DNA of 64,000 nucleotides. Origin: an uncultured Nitrososphaerota archaeon (GTDB lineage Archaea; Thermoproteota; Nitrososphaeria; Nitrososphaerales; Gagatemarchaeaceae). Positions 29,250 through 39,439 of this stretch are shown one piece after another. The notes below the pieces were generated by a model. That model ran no database searches and was not told where the DNA came from. It saw nothing but the letters and a program-made list of their open reading frames with translations. Position 1 is the first letter of the stretch. Each line of letters begins with the position of its first letter. The stretch covers positions 384,001-448,000 of the forward strand of contig CAVRAG010000008.1 in NCBI GenBank assembly GCA_963718895.1, in the 5' to 3' direction. Made by a program: the position numbers and the translations under genes.

Positions 29250-30852
29250 CCTCACGTCGATCGATGCGGAAGTCGATGAGGCCGTGAGCACCGAGATATC
29301 GATCACGTGATAGCCCGTCGCCCCGTTGGGGAAGGGTCCGGAGACGGTCGCGGTCTGGACTGCGCCGGTCCCGTCAGTCGCTCGGACCATCAGCCGGTAG
29401 TTCCCAAGGGCGGGTGGATTCCACTGGGCCGACCAGAAGACCCACGTGTAGTGACGAGAGCGGGTCAGTCAGGGACGCCGTCGTCCAGGTCTGCCCGTCG
29501 TCCGTGCTGACCTCCACCTTGGAGACGCCCCGGTCTCCGGCAAAGGCGATTCCGGCTACGGGGACCGCGCCGATGCTGACGTTGCTCGACCCGTTGATGC
29601 CGAACCTCTGGGTGACCTGGGCGTCCCCCGGTATCACGATCTCGGACTCCGGTCTGGTAGTGGGCGTCGTTCTCCCACCCCCTGACCTGCCAGTATCCCT
29701 GGTAGACCCCGCTGACCGCCTCTATGCTCACGATCCACTTGCAGTTCATCATGCCGTACAGTCCGGGTACGATCGCCCTCAGCGGCGACCCATGGTCGGT
29801 GGGGAGGGGGGACCCGTTCATCTCGTAGGCGAGGAGCGTGCCGTCGAGCATCGCGCTGTCCATGGGTATCCCGACGTCGTAGCCGTCGACGGCGCGGAAG
29901 ACGACGTAGTCGGCGGAGGCCTGCACCCCTGCCATAGCCAGCACGTCCTTGAGCTTGACGCCAGTCCACTGTGCGGTGCTGATCAGGTCTCCTCCGATCG
30001 TGTTGCTGACGCACTCCAGGGTATTGTACTGCTCCACCACAGCCATCTGCTGAAGTTGGGCGAGGTCAAGGTTGAGTTCGGTGTTGACGAGGCCAAAGAC
30101 CTTCAGGTTCCAGGTCGACGAGTTGACCGTGGGCGGGAAGATGTTCACGTCGACCCGGTAGAAGTTGCCGTTCGAGGTCACGTTCTGCGGATAGAGCGAG
30201 TTCGGGCTGGCCTGGACGGTGGAGCCGTTTGACGGCCTGAGCAGGAAACCCACCCCGTAGACGAGTATCGCAGCGCCGACGGCCGAAGCGACCCCGGCCT
30301 TGATGAAGAGACGACGCCTCCTGTCGAACTTCTGCCCCTTGGGAGGCTGGACGGCCTTGCAGAGATCGATGGGCTTGGTGCCCCCCTTGAGCATCGTCAG
30401 CGTCGCCCCGAAGGCGAGTTGCGGTGGGGCCAGTGAGACAAGGAGGACCGGGAAGAGAGACCGGCGAAGACTGGATTGCGGTGGTGAACAGCAGGGCGAC
30501 GCCGGCGGCGGCGAGGATCAGGTAGGGGAGGAGGGAGAACGAGATGAACCTCTCGAGTTTGCCCGAGCCTTCCGAGATGCTCTTGGTCCGGAAGAGGAGC
30601 GCGCCGATGATGCCGTAGACCAGGACGTTGCCCACCACGGCGGTCGTAAAAGCAGAGTACTTGGCGAGGCTCTGCAGAGACTCGACCGCCTTCGACTCTA
30701 TGGCACCTGGGGTGAGGCTGAAGAGGGTCTGCGAAGCGAGCTCTGGCAGGAAGACCCCGCCGGCGACGACCCTGATCAAGAAGGATATGGCTAGGGCGAT
30801 TAGCGCCGCCGAGGACGCCGACAAGAAAGCCTCTCTTTGTGGAAATATCCAT
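29250..30852 (-). CDS. Membrane-bound sulfite-oxidase-family molybdopterin oxidoreductase (several frameshifts; 3' end approximate)
   Basis: TLECVSN Mo-Cys, YEMNG-PLP-DHG-PLR, GYWQVRGW and VEVSTDDG; N-terminal TM region with internal RR-LF motif. Confidence 0.88.
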
Positions 30853-31043
30853 TTAATACACGCGAAGGATGCTGGGACCGAGCGACGCTACGAATATAAT
30901 GGTTTTTCCAAATCTGTTCCAATTTCGATTTGGAAAAACGCTTATCAGATAAGGTGGGGAAGATTTCACCGAATCGCTGTTTTGGGCCTCCTAGATTCAA
31001 GGCAAAAGAACCAGACCAGAACCAGTAAGGAGGAAAGCCCAAC

Positions 31044-31955
31044 AATGCGATTTCACGATTGGAATCTGCGCGACCGGGCTCTGCTCCGGTATTGCGGAGC
31101 TGCTTGACACCGTCGAGACCGAGCGGTTCCCCAGCGGCTTTTCGCTCAGCAGGATTGCAATAGTAGCCAGCGCGTGCGCCGAATCGACGCTCTCTTACCT
31201 CCGGTGGATGAACGAGACGGATCCTCGGATTGTGCTCATCGAGGAGAGCGAGAGAAGAGGGAAGGCAGATGCCGTCAATCAGGTTATCGCCGAGTCGGTC
31301 GGCGAGTACCTGGTCTTTGTCAATGCAGATGCGTTGCCGGAACGAGGCGCGTTCTCAAGGCTCCTCCGGGCGATAGACCACGACCCCGGGGCTGGTGTGG
31401 TCTCCGGGAACCCTATCACCGCGGCGAGGGGCGGGATCGCGTCTGGGATGGTCGAGCTGATGTGGGAGACCCACAACGAGTGTTCGGCTGACCTCGAGAA
31501 GACGCGCCTGGCAAACCACGGGACGGACGAGCTGATGGTCGTCCGCTCCGGGCGCGCTCGCGAGTCTTCCGCCAGGGTTGGTCAACGATGGCGCCTACAT
31601 TGCCGGCGTCGCCAAACAACGAGGGTACTCTGTTAGGTCACTCTTCAGCGCAAGGGTCAGAGTCGATACGCCGACCCGGCCCATCGATGTAATGAGGCAG
31701 CGGAGGAGGATCCTCTACGGGCACATCCAGATCTGGAGACTTGTCGGGGAGGCTCCAAGGACGGCGGAGTCACTGATACTTCTCTCCCCCGGTCAGGGGT
31801 TCCGCGTCGTCGCAAAGGCGATCGCAAAGCATCCCCGGCTTCTCCTTGCGCTGCCGTTCGCCTCCGTGAGCGAACTGATATCGCTGCTCGGCGCCATGCG
31901 CGACACTCTGAGTCCCAGAAAGAAGCACGCGGTGTGGGAGCGATTTGGGGACTAG
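31044..31955 (+). CDS. Glycosyltransferase family 2 (frameshifted)
   Basis: RGKADAVN, FVNAD, NDG and QRRRI motifs spread over frames. Confidence 0.8.
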
Positions 31956-32887
31956 CGGCCGCCTCTTCGCCATAGGGGACAGAGAGCTGGCGGAGATATC
32001 GAGTTACTGCGAGATCGCCAAGGCCAACAGGAGCGTGATAACTCTGACAGAGCTGCGTCAGCTCACGGAGGCCGATGTAACCGAGGAGGACTTTCTTGCC
32101 GCCTGGGACGGGAACGCGACCCTGACATCGAGGTACCTGGTCGAGTCTGGCTACATACTGGAGAAGGGGGAAGGACAAGAGAGGCCCCGCCGGGAGGGTT
32201 GATGCCGAAGAGAGGAACAGGAAGAGGGCGAGGCTCAACATCACCGCCGCAGAGGAGTTCGCACGCATCTGCGTCGACGACCGTGTCAAGCTCCTCGCCG
32301 TGGCCGGGGGCAACTCGTACAAGAGAGCAAGACATGGCGACGACATCGACCTCTTCTGCGTCACGACTCAGAACTCCCTCTGGCTCTTCATGCTGAAGTC
32401 TCTCCTGCTCGCCCGAATCTACCAGCTCACGAGGAGGTCGCCACCGTTCTGCTTCAGCTACGTGATGGACGAGGGCATGGCGCACAGCGAGTTCACGAGG
32501 TCCGGAGACCGTCTCTTCGCCCGTGACGCGCTCGCGGCGAACGTGATGGTCGGGGAGGGGTTCTACCGTTCTCTTCTGCGCGAAGGCAGGTGGATGGAGC
32601 GATTCTTCCCGAGGATGTACAATCGAAGCTTCACGGAAGGCGACGTTACCGCTCCGCTGGGAGGCGAGCGCCACGGCAGCCGCGCTCTCAACGGTCTGCT
32701 CTTTCTCACCGTGGGGACGTATGTCCGGATGAAAGCGCACCTGCTCAACCGGAGGTATCGCGCGAAGGGGAACACCTCCGCACTCTTTCGTGTCAGGATA
32801 GGCATCGACCACTGCATCTACGAGTCGAACAGGTACCACATGCTCAGGGGGATGTACAACGGGGTCGGAGCTGAGAGGGGAAGGTGA
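31945..32887 (+). CDS. Nucleotidyltransferase-fold protein (frameshifted)
   Basis: AVAGGNSY...DDIDLF pol-beta-like motif. Confidence 0.65.
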
Positions 32888-34133
32888 CTTTCCTGGAGGG
32901 CGAGACCCTCGCTCCCGTGGCTGGAAGCCTGATCAAGGTCATCTCTCGAGGCAGGACAACAGGGCTCCCCCACATCGTGACCGTGAGGTTCGTCTACCAC
33001 GAAGGGGCGTTCTACCTGCTGGGCGGCAGGTCTGGGGCCGACTGGGTGAGGAACTCGCTTGCAGCAGGGACCGTCAAGCTCCGGCTCGGCGAGGTGATGT
33101 ACGAGGCATCCGCGACGGTCGCGGGTTCTCAAGAACGGTCGGACACCCTTGATCGGTTCTCGAAGAAGTACGGGAGCGGGATGGTCAACGGATGGTACGC
33201 CTCAGCAGAGATCTGCCTGAAACTCTCTCCTTCCGGGCTCCCGACCCGCAGAGGAGCGGTGACCGGTGAGGCGGGCGTGAAGACGTCGTTCTCCGATTGG
33301 AATCAGTCGGGCCGGGGATACTACGGAGAGGTCGCAGAGGCGTTCGACTCCGCATCGGAGGAGTACGACTACACGATCAAGAACAACTTCATCAACATGT
33401 GGATCAGAGAGCGGTCGATACAGGAGCTGCTGGCGCACGCGACCCCCAACGACGTCCTCCTCGAGGTCGGGTGCGGCACCGGGGCGGAGGCGATCGAGAT
33501 ATCGCGGCACGTCGCGGGCGTCGTGGCCACAGACATCTCCCCAGGCATGATAGCGCTGCTCCGAAGGAAGATTGAAGCAAAGGGGGTAAGCAATAGGGTA
33601 TCGGCCCTGCAGCTAGGCGCGGGGAAATCGGCAGGGCGTCGCAGAGTCTACCGGGGGGCAGGACCCGCCTGGCATACTCCTTCAACGGAGCTCTGAACTG
33701 TGAGCCTTCGATCGACCGGTTCCCGTCCGAGCTCGCCAACGTGGTCGAGGATGGCGGTTACTTCGTCTGCTCAATCAGGAACACGCTCTGCCTCTCCGAG
33801 GCGCTCATCCACGGACTCTTCCTCCAGTTCGACCGGATGGCCCCGAGGAAGAGACAGCCGATAATGGTCTCGGTCGGCGGGCAGGACATCCCCTCGTACT
33901 ACTACCCGCCCTCGAAGTTCGTGCGCTTCTTCGTTCCCCAATTCAGGGTCAGGAAGACGATCGGCCTCCCCGCCATCCTCCCGCCCGCCTACCTTAGCGA
34001 CGCCTACTTCAGGGCAAGGCGCGTCCTTGCCTTCGCCGAGAGGGTCGAGCGCGTCGCCGCCGGAACGTTTCCCTTCAACCAGTTCGGAGATCAGACCCTG
34101 TTCGTCTTCCAAAAGAACCCGAGCGTGAGCTAG
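32884..34133 (+). CDS. DDN-like (F420-binding split-barrel) domain fused to a class I SAM methyltransferase (frameshift near 33620)
   Basis: GRTTGLPH and ADWVRN in the N-terminus; LEVGCGTG and TDISPGM in the C-terminus. Confidence 0.75.
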
Positions 34134-34248
34134 TTCGCGAAAGAAGACCGGGGCGAGCGTTCTCCCTCTCGTCCTCTCGCTCCTGATTCTGATCTGGGTT
34201 CGTCCGACTGCCGCGACGCCGACAACCCAGGTCACGCCAATCAATCAC

Positions 34249-35511
34249 GTGATAGTCATCGTCCAGGAGAACCATTCATTTGACAACTACTTTGGCACCT
34301 ATCCCACTGCGAACGGCTCTTTGGTGGACCCGATCACCTCGGAGCTCGGAAGCGTCGTCGGCCTCCCAGACAACGTCTGCCTCCCTCTGAACGAGACCTG
34401 CGTGCGCCCGCAGTTGAGCTACGCCTCGAATTCGACGAACCCGGTCGAAGGTCAGGGACAGTATGTGGACGACTACGCAGGAGGAGCGAGAGGCTTCGCC
34501 GAATCTTCAGGGCAACAGTCGATGACCTACTTCGACTACCACACGGTGGCGAACTACTGGGACTACGCTGAAGAATACGGCCTCGGGGACAACTACTTCG
34601 CCGCAGTCCTGAGCGAGACGACACCCAACCGGCTCATGATGCTGAGCGGAGACACCCCGGTCTCGGCGAACTACGGACCCCCTCCGTACCTGCCGTACGC
34701 TGACACCTTGATGAGCCAGCTCGATGCAGCGAGCGTGAGCTGGGGATACTACGACTTCCTCAACGCAAGTGTGGGGCCTTCCGCGTTCTATCCGCTGAAC
34801 TACGTGTCTGGGATCCCGCTCCAGTCGCTCAGAGACGTTCGCAACGTATCTAGTCTTTACTCAGAGCTGGCCAGCGGAAGCGGCCTCCCTGACGTGAGCT
34901 TCGTCAGTTCATTGGGCAGGCCTGCGCTCTCAGAGCACCCGCCCTTCGACATAGGCAAGGGAGAGGCCTGGGTCGCCTCAATCGTGAACAGCGTGATGGA
35001 CAGCGCGTACTGGAGCACGACAGCCGTCTTCCTGACCTGGGACGAGGGCGGAGGGTTCTACGACAACGTCGTCCCACCTCAGGAATACACCGTAGACCAC
35101 GGATTCAGCAGCGCGCTGCTCGGCCTTGGCCAGAGGGTTCCGCTCATCGTCATCTCCCCGTTCAGCAAGGAGGGCTATGTCTCGGCCACCCTCCTGAGCC
35201 ACCTGTCCCTCCTCCACTTCATCGAGTACAACTGGGAGATCCCCCCGCTAAACGCCGACGTCTCTGCCGCAGCGCTCCCCCTCGACTTCTTCAACTTCTC
35301 CCAGCCTCCGCGGGCGCCCATGCAAATCCCGTCGGATCCGAACTATCCGCTCCCACTCCAGGTCCCTCTTGGAGAGGCGCGCGCTTCTGCCGCCCCGGTG
35401 GAGCGGCAACTCGACGTCGAGTCGGGCGTCGCGCTGGTGGTGCTGGCGGTAACGGTCCTTGTCATTTGGGAACTGGGCCCGCGGCGAAAGAAGCGCCTCT
35501 CGCGTACCTGA
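34249..35511 (+). CDS. Phospholipase C/phosphoesterase family protein with C-terminal TM anchor (true start likely upstream)
   Basis: QENHSFDNYFG, PNR, SEHP, WDEGGGFYD and GQRVP motifs. Confidence 0.9.
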   Translation: MIVIVQENHSFDNYFGTYPTANGSLVDPITSELGSVVGLPDNVCLPLNETCVRPQLSYASNSTNPVEGQGQYVDDYAGGARGFAESSGQQSMTYFDYHTVANYWDYAEEYGLGDNYFAAVLSETTPNRLMMLSGDTPVSANYGPPPYLPYADTLMSQLDAASVSWGYYDFLNASVGPSAFYPLNYVSGIPLQSLRDVRNVSSLYSELASGSGLPDVSFVSSLGRPALSEHPPFDIGKGEAWVASIVNSVMDSAYWSTTAVFLTWDEGGGFYDNVVPPQEYTVDHGFSSALLGLGQRVPLIVISPFSKEGYVSATLLSHLSLLHFIEYNWEIPPLNADVSAAALPLDFFNFSQPPRAPMQIPSDPNYPLPLQVPLGEARASAAPVERQLDVESGVALVVLAVTVLVIWELGPRRKKRLSRT

Positions 35512-36493
35512 GCCGGTACGCGATCACCACTACGACGACCGTTGCGGCGACCGCCGCCGCGCCCAGAACGAAGGGCACCGGAGAGGGCGAGACAGGCGCG
35601 TTCTGGGTCATCACCCTGAAGGACCAGAGCGTGGTGTTCCACCTGAAGTTGTATCCCTCCACGTTGAGATAGACGTAGGAGATGACAGGAGCAGGGCTGG
35701 ATGAGGAGAGACCCAGGGCAGCGAGCGTGTCGACGAGATACTTCGAAAGGTTGAGGGATACCGTCACGTTCCCTCCGCTGGAGATCTGCACTGGGTGGTA
35801 GACCACGACGTCGGGTTCGACCATACGTTCCGTTCCGACGGCCGAGGGCGAGAGCCCGCTCGAACTGTTCCTATCCATCCAGAGGTTCACCACCGTGTAT
35901 ACCAGGTTCCCCTGAACGCCCGGGACATACTGGGTCGCCGCTATCCCAATCGCAGCCCACTCGTTCGACTGGTTGAGGAGGGACGGGACGGCCCAGTCCA
36001 GGGAGAACTGGACCGTCCAGTTCCAGTCGGTCCTCAAACCGACGTCGGCAGGCGCCTTGAAGTCCGACGTGTAGTTCTCCAGGTTCACGCCGGGTGGACC
36101 GAACCCGGCCTTAACGTAGTAGTAGTCCCCCCAGGACGGCTCCCTGAACTGCTGCGTGTGGGCCACCTCCACGAAGTTGCAGCACTGGGGACCGACCGCC
36201 AGGTGCGGAAGACCGTCTTCGTCGTGGGACCAGGGACCGATCCAGTATCCGATCCGGCCGAATCCCTCTCCCGACACCCAGGAGATCGAGGTCTGGGTGA
36301 GACCCGCCTGAAATCCAGGGATGAAGTTGGCGTCGTAGATCTCGTTGTTTGCGCTAGAGTTGAGGTTGGGGTCGAAGTTTGCTACGTGATAGCCGGGAGG
36401 GGTCAAGTTCGAGGCGCCGGGCTCGAAGGTGACGGTGAGACCCGCGGAGAGGAGGAGCACTAGCGCCAGGACCGTCGCAGCGGTGGTCGTCAC
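35462..36493 (-). CDS. Surface protein with signal peptide and C-terminal TM anchor, unknown function
   Basis: GTG 36493 overlaps the upstream stop; hydrophobic ends; aromatic-rich beta domain. Confidence 0.7.
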   Translation of the reverse strand: MTTTAATVLALVLLLSAGLTVTFEPGASNLTPPGYHVANFDPNLNSSANNEIYDANFIPGFQAGLTQTSISWVSGEGFGRIGYWIGPWSHDEDGLPHLAVGPQCCNFVEVAHTQQFREPSWGDYYYVKAGFGPPGVNLENYTSDFKAPADVGLRTDWNWTVQFSLDWAVPSLLNQSNEWAAIGIAATQYVPGVQGNLVYTVVNLWMDRNSSSGLSPSAVGTERMVEPDVVVYHPVQISSGGNVTVSLNLSKYLVDTLAALGLSSSSPAPVISYVYLNVEGYNFRWNTTLWSFRVMTQNAPVSPSPVPFVLGAAAVAATVVVVVIAYRLRYARGASFAAGPVPK

Positions 36494-37251
36494 TTTCTCT
36501 CCAGGCTCTGGATTGTCAGCTTCATCGAACCAGCAGTGTAAGAGGACCCCTGGAGCCCGTAGATGAAGGCATGAGAGAGGCTGGCCCAGCCGATGGGAAA
36601 GTCCGAGACAACCTCGACACTGCCGATGAACACTGATAGGTTCCCGTTGGGCCTGGGGGCTATCTGCGGGTTCACGACAGACGCGGGACCAAAGTCCACG
36701 AACCGCAACGTCAGGTTCTGCCCGGCCAGCGGGGGGAAGGACGAGTTGAAGAGGACCATCCCGAAGGTCTTGTTCCAGTCCTGTGCGTAGTACTCTATCC
36801 TCAGCAGCCCGTCGGCTCGCTCCTGTATGATTATCGTCGGTATCGAGAGGTTCTCGGCCTTGAAGGTAGGGGCCAGCGCTATCTGCGCCTCGGTCGTGGA
36901 GGACTTCGCGGGGGCGACGAGCGAACTCTGAATCGTGACGACCCACGAGTAGTTGTAGGTCGGTCGAAGCTGCTGGTTGGTGTCGTTGATTATCGGCTGG
37001 TTGAAGAGGTCATAGGGAAGAGAGAAGGTCTGGGAGACCCCGGGCACATAGGTCGCGCCGCTTCCCGAGCCTGCGGCACCGCTGAGATACGGAGAAGCGA
37101 TTATAGCGGACTCCACGACTACTATGACCGAGAGGACAACGAGAATCACCTTGAGGCTATTCAAGAGGCCGCTCGTCACGAAGATGTGGAGCCCGGGTAT
37201 TTCGGCTTTGTTCCAGATGGCTCCGCGTCCGTTCGCGGCCCCTGTCCTCAC
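36490..37251 (-). CDS. Membrane-anchored hypothetical protein
   Basis: N-terminal TM segment VILVVLSVIVVV; true start probably nearer 37165. Confidence 0.65.
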   Translation of the reverse strand: MRTGAANGRGAIWNKAEIPGLHIFVTSGLLNSLKVILVVLSVIVVVESAIIASPYLSGAAGSGSGATYVPGVSQTFSLPYDLFNQPIINDTNQQLRPTYNYSWVVTIQSSLVAPAKSSTTEAQIALAPTFKAENLSIPTIIIQERADGLLRIEYYAQDWNKTFGMVLFNSSFPPLAGQNLTLRFVDFGPASVVNPQIAPRPNGNLSVFIGSVEVVSDFPIGWASLSHAFIYGLQGSSYTAGSMKLTIQSLERK

Positions 37252-37339
37252 ACGGGAGACGCGGCCGACAAGGTGACCTCACCGCAGGTCCCCTCCCACC
37301 GAAGAGGTTGATGGGGCAATCAGGGCCAGATACATCCTA

Positions 37340-38595
37340 GTGATCGGCCTTCTCGCGAGGGAGGTCTTCTCGTTCTGGACGGGCCACCCGTTCGACTTTG
37401 AACTCTGGGTAAGGACGGGATTCTGGGTCACGCACGGGCTCAGCCCCTACGGAGTACTGCCCCCAGCGCCGTGGTCTTTCGCTTCCATCTACTCGCCTGC
37501 GAGCGAGTCCACGATAGGTTACCTCCCATTCTGGCCCGTCCTGCTCGGGGGATCTATGAGATCTATGCCTTCATCGGGATTCAGAACCAGTACGTCTACT
37601 ACTTCCTGCTAAAGCAGCCCGTGATACTCGGGGATGTCCTCCTCGGATACCTGATTTTCAGGTTCGTCAAATCGAACCGACCAGAAGCCACGAACGCGGT
37701 CTTGGCCTTGTGGTTGCTATCACCCTACACCATAGTCATCTCGAGCATCTGGGGCATGTTTGACTCGCTGGCGATGGCCCCGGTCGTCGCGGCCCTGCTC
37801 ACGCAGAGACCGGCGTACAGGTCCAGCCTGGAAGGGATTGCGATATGGATCAAGTCAATCCCGCTGATCTACGCCGTCCCATTCGCCCTCTCGGGACCCC
37901 GGAAGCTCAGGAACCTGGCCATCTCGATCGCAGTCCCTGCAGCGGGCAGCGTGGGAATCATCCTGATCGCCGGATGGCCAGTTATGACCGCGGTCGCTAC
38001 GCTGAACAGCACAGTGACGAAGGGAGGTCAGTCGCTCTCTCTCCTTGGGGTCTTCTTCTACCTGATACAGTTCAACGCCGTGGGTGGATGGCAGCCGGCC
38101 GTCCTCACGCTTCTCGGTTACCTTTGGATTCCCGCCGAGATAGTCACATTCTGGTTGGCGCACAGGTGGCACGGCTTCTCCACGTCAAAGGGTCTCGTGC
38201 AATCCCTCATTCTGTGCACAATCACCTTCATGATCTTCAAAGCACAGGTGAACGAACAGTACGCGGTTTACCTTCTCGCGCTGACTCTCATCGACGTGGC
38301 AATCTGGAACCCTGGTAGGAAGTGGCTCTACGTCTCGATAACTATCGCTGTGATGACGTTCCTGATCCTGAACAACGTATTCCTCGTGAGGTTCACCGCT
38401 CCCGTAAACCCTGGATGGAGCTCCACCGAGAACGCCCTCATCGCAATGCTGGGCGTGGCGCGGCCAGCCATCCAGCAGGCGAGTTCTTTGGCCTTCGTGG
38501 CGCTGAACGTAATCTACTTCGGGCTGATATTCCGCGGGAGGAGGGCAGGGCCAGCGCCAATCTACTCTCCCCTTGCCGGTGAGAAGCCCGAATAG
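37340..38595 (+). CDS. GT-C-like multi-pass membrane glycosyltransferase (frameshift near 37550)
   Basis: TGHPFD, YLP, LKQP, SSIWGMFD and NEQY motifs; many TM helices. Confidence 0.75.
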
Positions 38596-39387
38596 ATGTC
38601 GCTTCTGGTGTGCTCGAGGCTCGGGAGGAGCTTCCTGACGCGGCAGGATTCGATCGGTGTCTATCTCGGCGATCGTTAGGCCCTCCTCCTCGCCGGCGTC
38701 GCAGACCGAGACGCCGAAGGGGTCCACGACAAGACTCCTACCTGTGAAGATGCGTCCCGTCTGAGAGGCAACCGCCACAAAGACTGTGTTCTCGAGGGCT
38801 CTGGCCTTCGCGAGGACGTGGAGGTGCTCCTCCTTCATCCGTCCTCCCAGCCAGGCGGTGGGGACCACGATCAGCTCCGCGCCCTGGAAGGCTAGGATGC
38901 GGGCCATCTCTGGGAAGCGCAGCTCGTAGCAGGTCATCATCCCCATCTTCGCCAGTCTGGTCTTGAAGACGCCTTCGAGCCTCGAGGCAGGCTCGAACCT
39001 GCTCGACTCCTTGTAGCCGAAGGAGTCGAAGAGCTGGAGTTTCCTGTGGGTGGAGATCACCTTCCCCTCCGGTCCGATCATGACCACCGTGTTGTACACC
39101 CTGTCCTTCCTCTCCGACGTCTCCAGGATGCCCACCGCGACGTGCGTTCTCGTCCTTCTGGCCTCGGCGGCGAGGCCCCTGACGAACTCTCCGTCGATGT
39201 CTTCGGCGACTCCGACAAACCTGGCGGGCGGCGCGTCGATCGGCGCGTAGGCCATGAACTGCTCGGGGAGGACGACTAGGTCTGCACCCCCTTTGGAGGA
39301 GGCGCGGATGAGCTCCTTCCCCCTGGCAAGATTCTCTCCCTTGTCCTCTGACGCCGAGACCTGCGCGAGCGCGATCTTGAACCTCAT
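38562..39387 (-). CDS. Carbon-nitrogen hydrolase (nitrilase family; frameshift near 38640)
   Basis: LPE, HRK and TCYELRFPE triad motifs. Confidence 0.9.
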
Positions 39388-39439
39388 CGACTGCGCGAAA
39401 CTCCTGAGCCGATATAAGGGTGAGAGGAGTTGTGGACGA

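Noticed and set aside
35462-36946. 494-aa ORF with a long N-terminal extension
   Set aside because: The extension is an alternative frame of the 36490..37251 gene; the signal peptide starts at 36493.
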